64,000 bases of DNA, taken from contig CAZXWN010000004.1 of NCBI GenBank assembly GCA_964644695.1, forward strand, positions 62,001-126,000. The letters run 5' to 3'. This document shows, piece by piece, positions 11,071 to 21,341 of this stretch (within the stretch, counting starts at the first letter, position 1; the number at the start of each line of letters is the position of its first letter). Under the pieces are notes generated by a model, which had not been told where the DNA came from, ran no database searches, and worked only from the letters and a program-made list of their open reading frames with translations. Made by a program: the position numbers and the translations under genes. The stretch is from an uncultured bacterium. Lineage in GTDB: Bacteria > UBP4 > UBA4092.

Positions 11071-12504
11071 ATGGAAATACAAAGAAACCGATACGGAAGG
11101 GCGGCAAATCAACCCCCGGCCACATCTGATTCAAATGATTTATTATCATTTTCACAGCCCCAGCGAAAAGTCTTCTCAGTCACGGAAATAACAGAATCCA
11201 TAAAGACTGACTTAGAGGATAAATATTCCGATATCTGGGTCGAAGGTGAGATAGGCAGCTTTAAATTATCAGGGCCAGGCCATGCCTATTTCAATCTAAA
11301 AGATGATAACAGCCTTATCAGTGCAGTGATTTTCGCAGGTTCAATGCGATCCATAAAATGCCCACTTAAAGATGGATTAAAGGTCCTGGCTTTTGGTCGC
11401 GTCAGTGTTTATCCCCCTCGTGGAAATTATCAACTCATCATTACTCGACTCGAAACTTCAGGCTTGGGTAATCTGCAACAAGCCTTTGAAGCATTAAAAG
11501 CAAAGTTATCTGCTGAAGGCTTATTTGATGAGAGCAGAAAAAGACCTCTTCCACTCCTCCCACGCCGAATCGGGATTGTCACATCTAAAACTGGAGCAGC
11601 ACTTCAAGATATCCTCAAGGTTATATATCGCCGATTTCCAAATGCCCGGGTTGTGATTGCCCATACACAAGTACAGGGCACAGATGCAGCCCCACAAATC
11701 GTTCAGGCAATCAAAAACCTCCATCAAACCGATGAACCTATAGATGTCATCATTGTTGCCCGTGGTGGAGGCTCTATCGAGGATTTATGGCCATTTAACG
11801 AAGAGATAGTCGCCAGAGCCGTTGCCCAGTCAGAGATACCCATCATATCTGGAGTTGGCCATGAGGTAGATTTCACTATCTGTGATTTTGTGGCGGATCT
11901 TCGGGCACCCACACCTTCTGCCGCAGCAGAATTAGTTGTTAAACGTAAGGAAGATATGGAATCAGAGGTCTTGGGATTTACCGAGTATTTGAGAAGGAAT
12001 ATGCGACAACTTATCGACAACTCAAGAGACAGGCTGAACAACATCAGCCAACGTCCAGTTTTATCCAGACCCCACCAGGCCATTGAACCGTATTTACAGC
12101 GGTTAGATGATTTATCTGGACAGTTGGAGAAAGGGACTGGATATTTTCTGGAGCGTATGAAAAGTCAAGTCAGCCATTCCCGATTGGTCTTGGATAAGCA
12201 CTCCCCCACAAATCAAGTAAAGATGGCATTCCAACAACAGACAACACTGGAACAAAAGTTACAGAGATGTTATAAACATCAAATTGAGATATTAAACGAA
12301 AAACTTGAGAACAAAGCCGGGCGGCTTCAGGCACTCAGTCCTCTTTCCATTTTAGGAAGAGGATATTCAATTGTTTTTACTGCGCAAGGTGAAGCCATCC
12401 GAGACAGCGCCTCTATCAAAGAAAACGATATTATCAGTGTCCGGCTCCATAAGGGCCAATTAAAAGCGAAAGTCATGGAAAAGGAGAATCCATCCAATGG
12501 CTGA
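11071..12504 (+). CDS. xseA: Exodeoxyribonuclease VII large subunit
   Basis: WVEGEI, GHAYFNLKD, ARGGGSIEDLWPFNEE, GHEVD, RAPTPSAAAE. Confidence 0.96.
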   Translation: MEIQRNRYGRAANQPPATSDSNDLLSFSQPQRKVFSVTEITESIKTDLEDKYSDIWVEGEIGSFKLSGPGHAYFNLKDDNSLISAVIFAGSMRSIKCPLKDGLKVLAFGRVSVYPPRGNYQLIITRLETSGLGNLQQAFEALKAKLSAEGLFDESRKRPLPLLPRRIGIVTSKTGAALQDILKVIYRRFPNARVVIAHTQVQGTDAAPQIVQAIKNLHQTDEPIDVIIVARGGGSIEDLWPFNEEIVARAVAQSEIPIISGVGHEVDFTICDFVADLRAPTPSAAAELVVKRKEDMESEVLGFTEYLRRNMRQLIDNSRDRLNNISQRPVLSRPHQAIEPYLQRLDDLSGQLEKGTGYFLERMKSQVSHSRLVLDKHSPTNQVKMAFQQQTTLEQKLQRCYKHQIEILNEKLENKAGRLQALSPLSILGRGYSIVFTAQGEAIRDSASIKENDIISVRLHKGQLKAKVMEKENPSNG

Positions 12505-12778
12505 TACCAAAAAAACAAAGTCTTTTGAAGAAGCCATGCAAAGACTGGAAGAAATTGTCAGACAAATGGAAACAGGAGATGTCCCTCTGGAAAAATCCCT
12601 TCAGTTATTCGAAGAAGGAGTTAAGTTATCGCGGCTATGCCATGAAAGACTTAATGAAGCAGAGAAAAAGATTACCCTATTGATGGAAGACAAAAACACA
12701 GGGAAATTAGTCGAGACCGAATTAAGGACTGATACCAAAGATAACTTATTCAATGAGGACGAGAATGTCCCCTTCTGA
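12497..12778 (+). CDS. xseB: Exodeoxyribonuclease VII small subunit
   Basis: SFEEAMQRLEEIV...LEKSLQLFEEGVKL. Confidence 0.95.
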   Translation: MADTKKTKSFEEAMQRLEEIVRQMETGDVPLEKSLQLFEEGVKLSRLCHERLNEAEKKITLLMEDKNTGKLVETELRTDTKDNLFNEDENVPF

Positions 12779-13670
12779 TGAAAATCCAGTAAATGTGAAA
12801 CAATACTTTGCGGATAAAGTCGTCATTATTAACGAGAAATTGACTACACTATTACCTGAACCATCCAATCGATTAAGAGAAGCCATGCGATATGCAGTTC
12901 TTAATGGCGGAAAACGATTCAGACCCGTATTAGCCATAGCCACCTCGGAAATGCTAAAGGGTGATATCCAAGAAGTATTGCCTCCAGCCTGTGCCTTGGA
13001 GTTTATTCATTGTTATTCACTGGTTCATGATGATTTACCCTGTATGGACAATGATGACCTGCGGCGAGGAAGACCCACCACCCACAAACAGTTTGATGAA
13101 GCAACTGCATTATTAGCTGGAAATGCACTTATCTCTCTGGCTTTTGAGGTTGTCAGTAAATCCGCGCAATCTTCATCTCTACCTGAAATTCAAAAGATAA
13201 ATATCATTCAAGAGCTGGCAGTCGCCAGTGGTATGAATGGTATGGTGGGAGGTCAGGTTGCCGACTTGGAATCTGAAGGACAGCCCATTGACGAAACAAG
13301 ACTGGCCTATATTCATTCACATAAAACAGGTGCATTAATTAGAGCAGCCGTTCTAATGGGTGCTTATGCCTCCAATGCCACAGAAGAACAAATTATCCAA
13401 TTAAGGTCGTATGCCGAGAAAATTGGTCTTTTATTCCAAGTCACAGATGACATTCTGGACATTGAAGGGAATGAAGATCAACGAGGAAAGAAAATTGGTG
13501 GTGATTTAGAGCATGATAAGGCCACCTATCCAAAGATCCACGGAATGGCTCGCGCCAAGGAATTAGTTCAGGAATTAATGCAGGGCTGCCGAGATGATTT
13601 ATCCATATTCAGCGATAGAGCTAAAGTTTTAGTTGCTTTGTCAGATTATGTAGGCAATAGAAAAATCTAG
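12765..13670 (+). CDS. ispA: Farnesyl/geranylgeranyl diphosphate synthase
   Basis: GGKRFRP, HDDLPCMDNDDLRRG, FQVTDDILD; start uncertain. Confidence 0.93.
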   Translation: MSPSDENPVNVKQYFADKVVIINEKLTTLLPEPSNRLREAMRYAVLNGGKRFRPVLAIATSEMLKGDIQEVLPPACALEFIHCYSLVHDDLPCMDNDDLRRGRPTTHKQFDEATALLAGNALISLAFEVVSKSAQSSSLPEIQKINIIQELAVASGMNGMVGGQVADLESEGQPIDETRLAYIHSHKTGALIRAAVLMGAYASNATEEQIIQLRSYAEKIGLLFQVTDDILDIEGNEDQRGKKIGGDLEHDKATYPKIHGMARAKELVQELMQGCRDDLSIFSDRAKVLVALSDYVGNRKI

Positions 13671-13687
13671 TTATTCAAGAAATATAA

Positions 13688-13720
13688 ATAGCCCGGGAAT
13701 CAAACGATTCACCGGGCTAT
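13688..13720. terminator. Hairpin terminator between convergent genes
   Basis: atagcccgg.gaatc...gattc.ccgggctat. Confidence 0.7.
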
Positions 13721-13741
13721 ATAATTTTCCAAACTTAATGA

Positions 13742-14053
13742 CTATTTAGAATCAGCGGGTGGAATGGGTAAAACATTGTTTTTCTGTTCAACAATGAATA
13801 CCGGCATGGGCTTCGTCCAATAGACTTCAATCCGTTTATTGTTGATATTTGTTTCTACCGGGGATTGTGGCGTATTTCTTACATACACATCCGTCAACAT
13901 GACAGGATTACCCTTTTCATCGGTTATGCCCGGTAAACGTGTTAAAGCATCAGCTGTTGGAATAAAGACCAAACCTTTCAATACCAGACAGAATAAGAAA
14001 AAAGCAATCAGTGTCAACATTGTTTTGGTATATCGATCCGTATGAATTACCAT
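13742..14053 (-). CDS. Small exported or membrane-anchored hypothetical protein
   Basis: GGAGG RBS; DRYTKTMLTLIAFFLFCLVL hydrophobic N-terminus. Confidence 0.7.
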   Translation of the reverse strand: MVIHTDRYTKTMLTLIAFFLFCLVLKGLVFIPTADALTRLPGITDEKGNPVMLTDVYVRNTPQSPVETNINNKRIEVYWTKPMPVFIVEQKNNVLPIPPADSK

Positions 14054-14149
14054 GAATAGTATCCTCCTATAAAGTGCACCCAATATAGTTTTAAGTTATT
14101 CCATCAGAATAGCCAAGTCCATGGTTTTTGTAAAGCCTGAAACAATAAA

Positions 14150-14905
14150 TCAGAACTGGCGGGTAATTTTAAAATGCTCACAACCAATACGCGCAGCGGC
14201 CTGTTCAGCTTCTTTTTTGCTTCGTCCCTGACCCAATCCATACTCAGTGTGATTCACAGTGACTCGCACATTAAAACGCTTATCATGGTCAGGACCTGAT
14301 TCACTGACGATGGTATAAACAGGAATCGTATTAAAACGAGCTTGCACAAATTCCTGAAAAATGGATTTATAATCCCGAAGAAAATAATCCTGCCCTGATT
14401 TATCGAGATCATCCTGTAGTTGTTCAAGAATAAATTTACGAACAGGCTCGATCCCACCATCCAGATATATCGCCCCAATAACTGCCTCGAACGCATTTCC
14501 GAGATTTGATATTCGATCTGCTCCACCCGATTTAGTTTCACCTTTACCCAATTTCAGATAACTGCCCAGTTCCAACTGTTTCGCCAAAGAAGCCAAGATT
14601 GGCTCGCTGACCAGGAAAGATTTCAGTTTAGCCAGTTTCCCTTCCGCTAAATCAGAGAACAAATTATAGAGGTGATGGGATACCACGAAATTCAATACAG
14701 CATCGCCAAGAAATTCCAGTCGTTCATTATCCATGACATTCTGAGAACGAGCTTCATGCCGATAAGAGCTATGGGTCAGGGCATGATCCAGATGCTGAAG
14801 AGACTGAAATTTATATCCCAAGGCCTTCTGCAAGGACTCCAATGACACTATTCGTTCAGGATCCATCAAAGCGACGTCCTGAGTTATTGTTGAATCATTT
14901 TTCAT
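14150..14905 (-). CDS. rnc: Ribonuclease III
   Basis: NERLEFLGDAVL signature plus dsRBD (GPDHDKRF...SKKEAEQAAA). Confidence 0.97.
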   Translation of the reverse strand: MKNDSTITQDVALMDPERIVSLESLQKALGYKFQSLQHLDHALTHSSYRHEARSQNVMDNERLEFLGDAVLNFVVSHHLYNLFSDLAEGKLAKLKSFLVSEPILASLAKQLELGSYLKLGKGETKSGGADRISNLGNAFEAVIGAIYLDGGIEPVRKFILEQLQDDLDKSGQDYFLRDYKSIFQEFVQARFNTIPVYTIVSESGPDHDKRFNVRVTVNHTEYGLGQGRSKKEAEQAAARIGCEHFKITRQF

Positions 14906-14915
14906 AGAATTTAAA

Positions 14916-14951
14916 ATGCCTGGCAGCTCCCCAAAAGGAACTGCCAGGCAT
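14916..14951 (-). terminator. Strong hairpin between fabF and rnc (terminator or processing site)
   Basis: atgcctggcag/ctgccaggcat stem with a short U-run on the minus strand. Confidence 0.6.
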
Positions 14952-14983
14952 GATAGTTACAATTCCGAACGGGTTCCGTACGG

Positions 14984-16228
14984 TTATTCTGTATATTTTT
15001 TTATCAACAAAGCCGCATTATGGCCACCAAATCCAAATGAATTGGAAATGGCGACATTGACGGGCATCTTACGGGCTACATTGGGCACATAATCCAAATC
15101 ACAATTCGGATCAGGCGTTGTATAATTGATGGTCGGATGTACCATACCGGTATAAATAGACATTGTTGTTGCGATGGCTTCAACACCACCACCTGCACCT
15201 AACAAATGCCCCGTCATTGATTTAGTAGAACTAATGGCTAATTTTTTCGCATGTTCACCAAAAACATTTTTAATAGCCGTCGTTTCATACTTATCATTCA
15301 ATTCAGTGGATGTTCCATGTGCATTAATGTAATCCACATCGGAAGGTTTTAAACCAGCATCTTTAACGACCAATTCCATTACACGGGTCATGCCCATAGC
15401 ATTTTCATCCGGATGGGTAATATGGAAGGCATCAGAGGTCATGGCATAACCAGCAACTTCAGCATAAATCCGTGCACCACGCTTTTGCGCATGCTCCAGA
15501 CTTTCCAGAAGTACCACACCAGAACCTTCACCCATAACAAAACCATCACGATTGGCATCAAAAGGTCTTGATGCGCCAGCAGGGTCATCATTACGGGTAG
15601 AGAGTGCTCTCATGTTGGTAAAGCCGGCGATTCCGGTTCGCGTAACAGCTGCTTCGGTACCGCCTGCCAGCATAACATCTGCATCTCCACGCTGAATAAT
15701 CCGAACTGCATCACCGATATTATTAGTACCGGTTGCACAGGCTGTGACGACAGCACTATTTGGTCCTTTCAGACCAAATCGAATAGAAACCATGCCACTG
15801 GCCATGTTGACAATCAGTTGAGGAATCAGGAAGGGGGAAATTCGACGGGGACCCCGTTCAAGAAGAACGGCCACCTGTTTTTCGATGGTGTCCAACCCGC
15901 CAACGCCAGCACCAATCATAACGCCCAAGCGATAAGCATCTTCCTTGGACAAATCGATACCAGCATCCTTTACCGCCATTTCGGAGGCAATGACTGCTAA
16001 ACAAACGAACCGATCGGTTCGCCGGACCTCTTTTGGGTCCATATAATCCTCCAGAACAAGGTCCTGGATTTCGCCGGCGATTTTCACGGGATAGTCTGAG
16101 ACGTCGAATTTTTCAATCAATCGAACGCCACTTTTGCCGGCGAGCAGGGCTTTCCAGAAGTTGTCCAAACCAATACCGTTTGGAGAAACAACGCCCATGC
16201 CCGTGATAACTACTCTTCGTTCATTCAT
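14984..16228 (-). CDS. fabF: Beta-ketoacyl-ACP synthase II
   Basis: VTACATG, INAHGTST, KSMTGHLLGA, SNSFGFGGHN. Confidence 0.97.
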   Translation of the reverse strand: MNERRVVITGMGVVSPNGIGLDNFWKALLAGKSGVRLIEKFDVSDYPVKIAGEIQDLVLEDYMDPKEVRRTDRFVCLAVIASEMAVKDAGIDLSKEDAYRLGVMIGAGVGGLDTIEKQVAVLLERGPRRISPFLIPQLIVNMASGMVSIRFGLKGPNSAVVTACATGTNNIGDAVRIIQRGDADVMLAGGTEAAVTRTGIAGFTNMRALSTRNDDPAGASRPFDANRDGFVMGEGSGVVLLESLEHAQKRGARIYAEVAGYAMTSDAFHITHPDENAMGMTRVMELVVKDAGLKPSDVDYINAHGTSTELNDKYETTAIKNVFGEHAKKLAISSTKSMTGHLLGAGGGVEAIATTMSIYTGMVHPTINYTTPDPNCDLDYVPNVARKMPVNVAISNSFGFGGHNAALLIKKYTE

Positions 16229-16294
16229 AAATATTCCTGTTCGGTTAAAGCGGGAAATAACAAGTATTTTTCACCCGGTTTATTCTCGAACGGT

Positions 16295-16540
16295 TTACTT
16301 GTCGGCCATCTTTATTTCAACGAACTTCATGGCATCGCCGACAGTCTGGATTTTCTCGGCTTCTTCATCAGGGATATCAATACCAAACTGTTCTTCGAGT
16401 TCCATGACCAGTTCAACCTGATCAAGAGAATCAGCACCCAGATCATCAGTGAATTTTGCGTCGTCTTTCACCTGATCTGCGGTAACACCCAGCTTCTCGA
16501 CAATAATCTTCTTGATTTTGTCTTTGATCTCATTAGACAT
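16295..16540 (-). CDS. acpP: Acyl carrier protein
   Basis: DLGADSLD phosphopantetheine site. Confidence 0.97.
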   Translation of the reverse strand: MSNEIKDKIKKIIVEKLGVTADQVKDDAKFTDDLGADSLDQVELVMELEEQFGIDIPDEEAEKIQTVGDAMKFVEIKMADK

Positions 16541-16627
16541 GATTGAAGTTAACCTCCTAAGGGTCTTCTTACAAAAAATATCGGTCCGTGACCGTCAAAC
16601 TATTAAGTATAATACAAATCTAATGTT

Positions 16628-17347
16628 TTAGATAACCATTCCACCGTCAACCCGAATCACCTGCCCGGTAATGTAGGAAGCATCCTCGGTACATAAAAAA
16701 CGGACAACCGCCGCGACATCTTCAGGCTTACCCAATCGGGCCAAGGGTATCATGGACAACATTTTAGTTTTCAAATCATCAGGCAAAATGCCTGTCATTT
16801 TTGTTTCAATGAAACCGGGGGCTACGGCGTTCACACGAATGTTCCGTGTTGCCAGTTCTTTTGCCATAGATTGAGTGAAAGCAATCAATCCGGCCTTACT
16901 GGCAGCATAGTTACCCTGCCCGGCATTTCCGATTTGACCAATGATACTGGATATATTTATAATGCATCCAGAACGCTGCTTCATCATAATGCGAGCGACA
17001 GATCGTGTACACCGGAAAGCACCCTTTAAGTTGGTATCCAGTACGGCATCCCAGTCTTCGTCTTTCATACGGATCAGCAGGGTATCCCGAGTCATCCCGG
17101 CATTATTCACCAGAATATCCACCCGGCCAAAAGTCTCCATAGCCATATTGATCAAGTTATCACAGGATTCGGTAGAGGTCACATCGGTAGGAACAATCAG
17201 TTCTTTATCGTCCACCTGTTCCATCTTTTCGGCACTGCGATATGCCCGAACAACAGCCGCACCCTGTGCTTTCAACTCACTGGCTACGGCCTTTCCAATA
17301 CCACTGCCGGCACCGGTCACAACCGCAACTTTACCATCCAAAACCAT
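16628..17347 (-). CDS. fabG: 3-oxoacyl-ACP reductase
   Basis: TGAGSGIG, NNAG, YAASK, VAPGFIET; next to acpP-fabF. Confidence 0.95.
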   Translation of the reverse strand: MVLDGKVAVVTGAGSGIGKAVASELKAQGAAVVRAYRSAEKMEQVDDKELIVPTDVTSTESCDNLINMAMETFGRVDILVNNAGMTRDTLLIRMKDEDWDAVLDTNLKGAFRCTRSVARIMMKQRSGCIINISSIIGQIGNAGQGNYAASKAGLIAFTQSMAKELATRNIRVNAVAPGFIETKMTGILPDDLKTKMLSMIPLARLGKPEDVAAVVRFLCTEDASYITGQVIRVDGGMVI

Positions 17348-17755
17348 AGGGTCACCTTATTCAGATATATAGAGATTATCCATTTTAGCAAATTCTCTCA
17401 CATCAGGACAATCCGTCAATACCCTATTGAAAAAAATAATATATTCTCTTCCGGAAGAGGGTGCTTATATGAAAATGGTTTGAGGGTATTATTTTGAATA
17501 AAAGCTCATGGGGTGGGGTTTATATTTTCGACCTTCCCCCTTCGTTTCTGCTTCGTTCATCATCAGGATTTAAAGTGGTAGGAGAATGGTTCGGAAATAC
17601 AAAATAGATTCACATTCCAGGTTAGCAATTAACCAGAAAAAGTACCAGCCTTCAGAGGAACTGGATCATTGTGGGAGCACACTAAACATTGCAGACAGAG
17701 ATAGTTTGAGTAGATTTCGGACTTGAAAGGCCGTATCATGATAGAATATAAGACT

Positions 17756-19297
17756 ATGTCCCATAAAAACTTGCCTATTTTAGCCCTTATTGGGCGCCCA
17801 AATGTCGGAAAGTCAGCCCTGTTCAATCGATTGGTTGGCTGCCGGCAAGCTATTGTTGAAGATATCCCAGGAGTCACCCGTGACAGGAACTACGGAGAAA
17901 GCGACTGGAATGGCCGTAGTTTCACAGTCATTGATACGGGGGGATTCATACCCGGTTCTATGGATGAAATTGAGGCCGAGGTTCGGGATCAGGCAGAGTT
18001 TGCCATCCGGGAAGCCGATGTTATTCTGTTCATTGTGGATGGAAAAGTTGGCTTCATGGACAGTGATATTGAAGTCGCCAATCTGCTGCGTAAACATAAC
18101 AAGCCCCTGTTACTGGTCGTCAACAAGATAGACAACACAACAGATTATTCCTCCTGGACTGAGTTTTACAAATTAGGATTGGGCGACCCGCATCCAATTT
18201 CATCTCTGCATGGCAATGGCCTGGGTGATGTGTTGGATGAAGCCGTCAAACTATTTCCGCCGCAAGATGAGGAAAACGAAATCAACCCCGCCGCTCGAAT
18301 CGCCATTGTCGGCCGGCCGAATGTTGGAAAGTCCTCTTTATTAAATGAATTACTGGGTCAACGGCGCTCCATCGTTTCCGATCAATCGGGAACAACTCGC
18401 GACTCCATAGATACCGTGATAGTCAGAAACGGTAAAGAATATATTCTGATTGATACCGCAGGAATACGAAAAAAATCGCGCGTCAATGAAAATGTAGAAT
18501 ACTACTCTGTCAATCGCGCCCTGCACGCCATCCGGCGTTCCGATGTTGCTATCCTGGTAGTCGATGCTCAAGAGGGCATTACAAGTCAGGATGCAAAACT
18601 GGCTGGCTACATTGCTCAGGAAGGTACTTCCTGTATATTAGTGATAAATAAGTGGGACTTGATTGAAGAAAAAGTGGATGATTATCTCGCCCGGTTCAAA
18701 AAACGGGAAGAAGATCCCAAATTCCAGAGTGATGATGAAGATGAACTGTTTGAAGATGGAAAGCCAAAAAAAATCCCCTTCAAGAAGTTCAAAAAAGAAA
18801 AAGCCCCTAAAGTTTATGTCGATCAAAGTATGTTGTTTGAGAGCATGCTGCCGCAGGACCGTGGTGCCAATATTCATCTAGCGATGCGGGAATATCAGAA
18901 ACATGTTGAAAAAAACCTTTATTTTATGACCTGGGTTCCAGTTCTCTATACCAGCGCCACTCAGGGAAAGCGCGTTGAGCGAATCTTTGAATATGTGGAT
19001 CAGGTGATGGAAGCCCGTCACTCTCGTGTTTCAACGGGTGAATTAAATCGATTCCTGGAAGGTGCCATTGAACATTGGCAGCCACCGGAAATCCATGGCA
19101 AAGAAGTAAAAGTTTATTATATGACTCAAACCGATACAGCTCCGCCCCACTTCACTCTGTTTGTGAATTTAAAAGATTCCATACCCAGTGACTATACTCG
19201 ATATTTAATGAACTGTATTCGAAAAGCATTTGGCTTTATCGGCTGTCCAGTCACCCTCAATATTCGGTCAAAAAAGAAACTTAAACAACGGTCATAA
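17756..19297 (+). CDS. der: Ribosome biogenesis GTPase Der (EngA) with an internal insertion
   Basis: Two GRPNVGKS G domains, DTGG/DTAG, NKID/NKWD, C-terminal KH-like domain. Confidence 0.96.
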   Translation: MSHKNLPILALIGRPNVGKSALFNRLVGCRQAIVEDIPGVTRDRNYGESDWNGRSFTVIDTGGFIPGSMDEIEAEVRDQAEFAIREADVILFIVDGKVGFMDSDIEVANLLRKHNKPLLLVVNKIDNTTDYSSWTEFYKLGLGDPHPISSLHGNGLGDVLDEAVKLFPPQDEENEINPAARIAIVGRPNVGKSSLLNELLGQRRSIVSDQSGTTRDSIDTVIVRNGKEYILIDTAGIRKKSRVNENVEYYSVNRALHAIRRSDVAILVVDAQEGITSQDAKLAGYIAQEGTSCILVINKWDLIEEKVDDYLARFKKREEDPKFQSDDEDELFEDGKPKKIPFKKFKKEKAPKVYVDQSMLFESMLPQDRGANIHLAMREYQKHVEKNLYFMTWVPVLYTSATQGKRVERIFEYVDQVMEARHSRVSTGELNRFLEGAIEHWQPPEIHGKEVKVYYMTQTDTAPPHFTLFVNLKDSIPSDYTRYLMNCIRKAFGFIGCPVTLNIRSKKKLKQRS

Positions 19298-19302
19298 CCT
19301 CC

Positions 19303-19905
19303 ATGATTCTTTTGATTGCAATCGCCCTCGCCTATTTGCTGGGATCCATTCCCACAAGTTTCTGGCTGGGTAAACTCGTCAAAGGAATCGATATCCGAGA
19401 ACATGGCAGTAAAAATCCCGGTGCCACCAATGCTTTAAGAGTATTAGGGAAACCCCTCGGATTCACCACATTACTGGTAGATATTTTAAAAGGGACTGCC
19501 GCGGTACTGGTTGCCATGAAATTGCTGGGAATCACCTTGGACTGGCAACTTCTGCTGGTGGGATTAGCCGCAGTATCAGGCCACATTTTCACCCTGTTTT
19601 TAAGATTTAAGGGAGGGAAAGGTGTCGCCACTACCTTCGGGATTTTCCTGGCGTTAGCCCCATGGGCCACCATTTATACACTGGGGATATTTATAATCGT
19701 GGTCACACTCAGTCGGTATGTCTCCCTGGGTTCCATCATTTCAGCGGTCTGTTTCCCCCTGTTTATTTATCTGATTGATGGGAACATCCTATATACTGCT
19801 TTGGCCATTCTCATAGGGACATTCATCATCTGGCGGCATCGGAGTAATATCCAACGCATCCGCGAAGGTAAAGAAAATAAAATCTTCAGCAAACCAGCCG
19901 CTTAG
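19303..19905 (+). CDS. plsY: Glycerol-3-phosphate acyltransferase
   Basis: YLLGSIP, GSKNPGATN, FKGGKGVAT, RHRSNI. Confidence 0.96.
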   Translation: MILLIAIALAYLLGSIPTSFWLGKLVKGIDIREHGSKNPGATNALRVLGKPLGFTTLLVDILKGTAAVLVAMKLLGITLDWQLLLVGLAAVSGHIFTLFLRFKGGKGVATTFGIFLALAPWATIYTLGIFIIVVTLSRYVSLGSIISAVCFPLFIYLIDGNILYTALAILIGTFIIWRHRSNIQRIREGKENKIFSKPAA

Positions 19906-21278
19906 TTTTTCTGCTCCACCTTCGATTTCATCTGGAAGTATGCACGATACATCAGCCATACCATTGTGGAAGCAAATAAGAGAAGAATAGCCGTAGCAAT
20001 GTATTCCCGAGTGTGAAGCGACGGCATTGGAACTTTCCCATCCCAGCTCCATTCCCAGTGTTCCCAATAATGTGGAAGATACTTTTTCGCTCCCGGCACA
20101 TATCGATTTGCGTAATCCTGCAACCAGAGATAACGAGCGGCAGGATGTCGATTCAAAAACAGTGCAAACAATAAACTCAATCCACCCAATCCATAAACAA
20201 CTATCTGTCCCACCCGAGGAAGTTTTTCCTGAAAAACTCGAATTGTCAGAATTGCCAATACCGGCATTACAGGCAGGAGAAACCTCCCGGCTGTTGTCCA
20301 TCCAATAAAGAAGGGGGGCTCATAGGAGAGGAAACCATAATAGGCCAGGAAAACACAGGGAAGTATCCAACCCCAGCGATGCTCTTTCCATGCAAGATAA
20401 CCACCCAGGATAGAAACCAGATAAACTGGGGATTGGAATAAGAACCCATATTGAGGGTCCAGCAAATAGATTAACCAAGTCTGGCCCAATCGGCGATAAC
20501 TGCTCCAATTATATCCAACATAAGGGCCAAATATGGAAAAGTTCCCATATACCATCCATCCCAATAAGCACATTTCCAGAATAATTAATCCAACCCAACC
20601 GGTGAGAATTCCTTTCCACACCCAGCCTTTGCATCGAAAGAAAAAGAGCACACCAAAGACACCAATCAAAAAGGAAAACTTCAGATGCAGCAGTGGTAAA
20701 TAAGCCAATCCCAACAAAACGCCTATCATTGACAGTCGAGTGGGACCTTTGATTAAAACATACAAGAAATAACTCACAAGAAACATTGCTATTACTTCGG
20801 TATAAACCTGCCCTGCAAAAGAAAGCCAAGGGGTTGATAACCCAATCGCCCATAATGGAAAAATATTTGTCATATTAGTTCCAGCCAACATGCCAGCCGT
20901 TCGCCAACACAAAATCAGAGAGCTCAACATGACCAAACTGATAAACACTAAAACAGCAGGGTATCCTCCAATGGCATAGGGAACAGTGAGGATTAGCGGT
21001 AGGCCGAAGTTGTGAATAGAATAAGGAGTTTTGTCGAAGTTGTGCGGCTCAAGAGACTTTTCCTTATAAAAAATCTTCCAATCTTGATTCTGGTAATTAT
21101 TGGCCAGATTGATATCGTGGTCATATACCAGACTGTGGGTAATCAACAAGTAATGAGGTTCGTCTCCAGTAGGCACAAATTTTCGATGGGACACCCTGTA
21201 ATCCGAAGCCAGAAATAAAACCCAAATCCCAAGGAAAGAGAACACACATAAAAACAACCAATGCCGATTCGTCATCAA
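19902..21278 (-). CDS. Polytopic membrane protein, GT-C-like glycosyltransferase
   Basis: GDEPHYLLITHSL after the first TM and many further TM segments; stop overlaps the plsY stop. Confidence 0.65.
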   Translation of the reverse strand: MMTNRHWLFLCVFSFLGIWVLFLASDYRVSHRKFVPTGDEPHYLLITHSLVYDHDINLANNYQNQDWKIFYKEKSLEPHNFDKTPYSIHNFGLPLILTVPYAIGGYPAVLVFISLVMLSSLILCWRTAGMLAGTNMTNIFPLWAIGLSTPWLSFAGQVYTEVIAMFLVSYFLYVLIKGPTRLSMIGVLLGLAYLPLLHLKFSFLIGVFGVLFFFRCKGWVWKGILTGWVGLIILEMCLLGWMVYGNFSIFGPYVGYNWSSYRRLGQTWLIYLLDPQYGFLFQSPVYLVSILGGYLAWKEHRWGWILPCVFLAYYGFLSYEPPFFIGWTTAGRFLLPVMPVLAILTIRVFQEKLPRVGQIVVYGLGGLSLLFALFLNRHPAARYLWLQDYANRYVPGAKKYLPHYWEHWEWSWDGKVPMPSLHTREYIATAILLLFASTMVWLMYRAYFQMKSKVEQKN

Positions 21279-21341
21279 AAAAAGAACACCTTCCCTATAA
21301 TTTCATACCACCAGCCAGAAGATTATACTACATTACATATT

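Noticed and set aside
18674-18880. Intein in Der
   Set aside because: Too short, with no splice-junction residues
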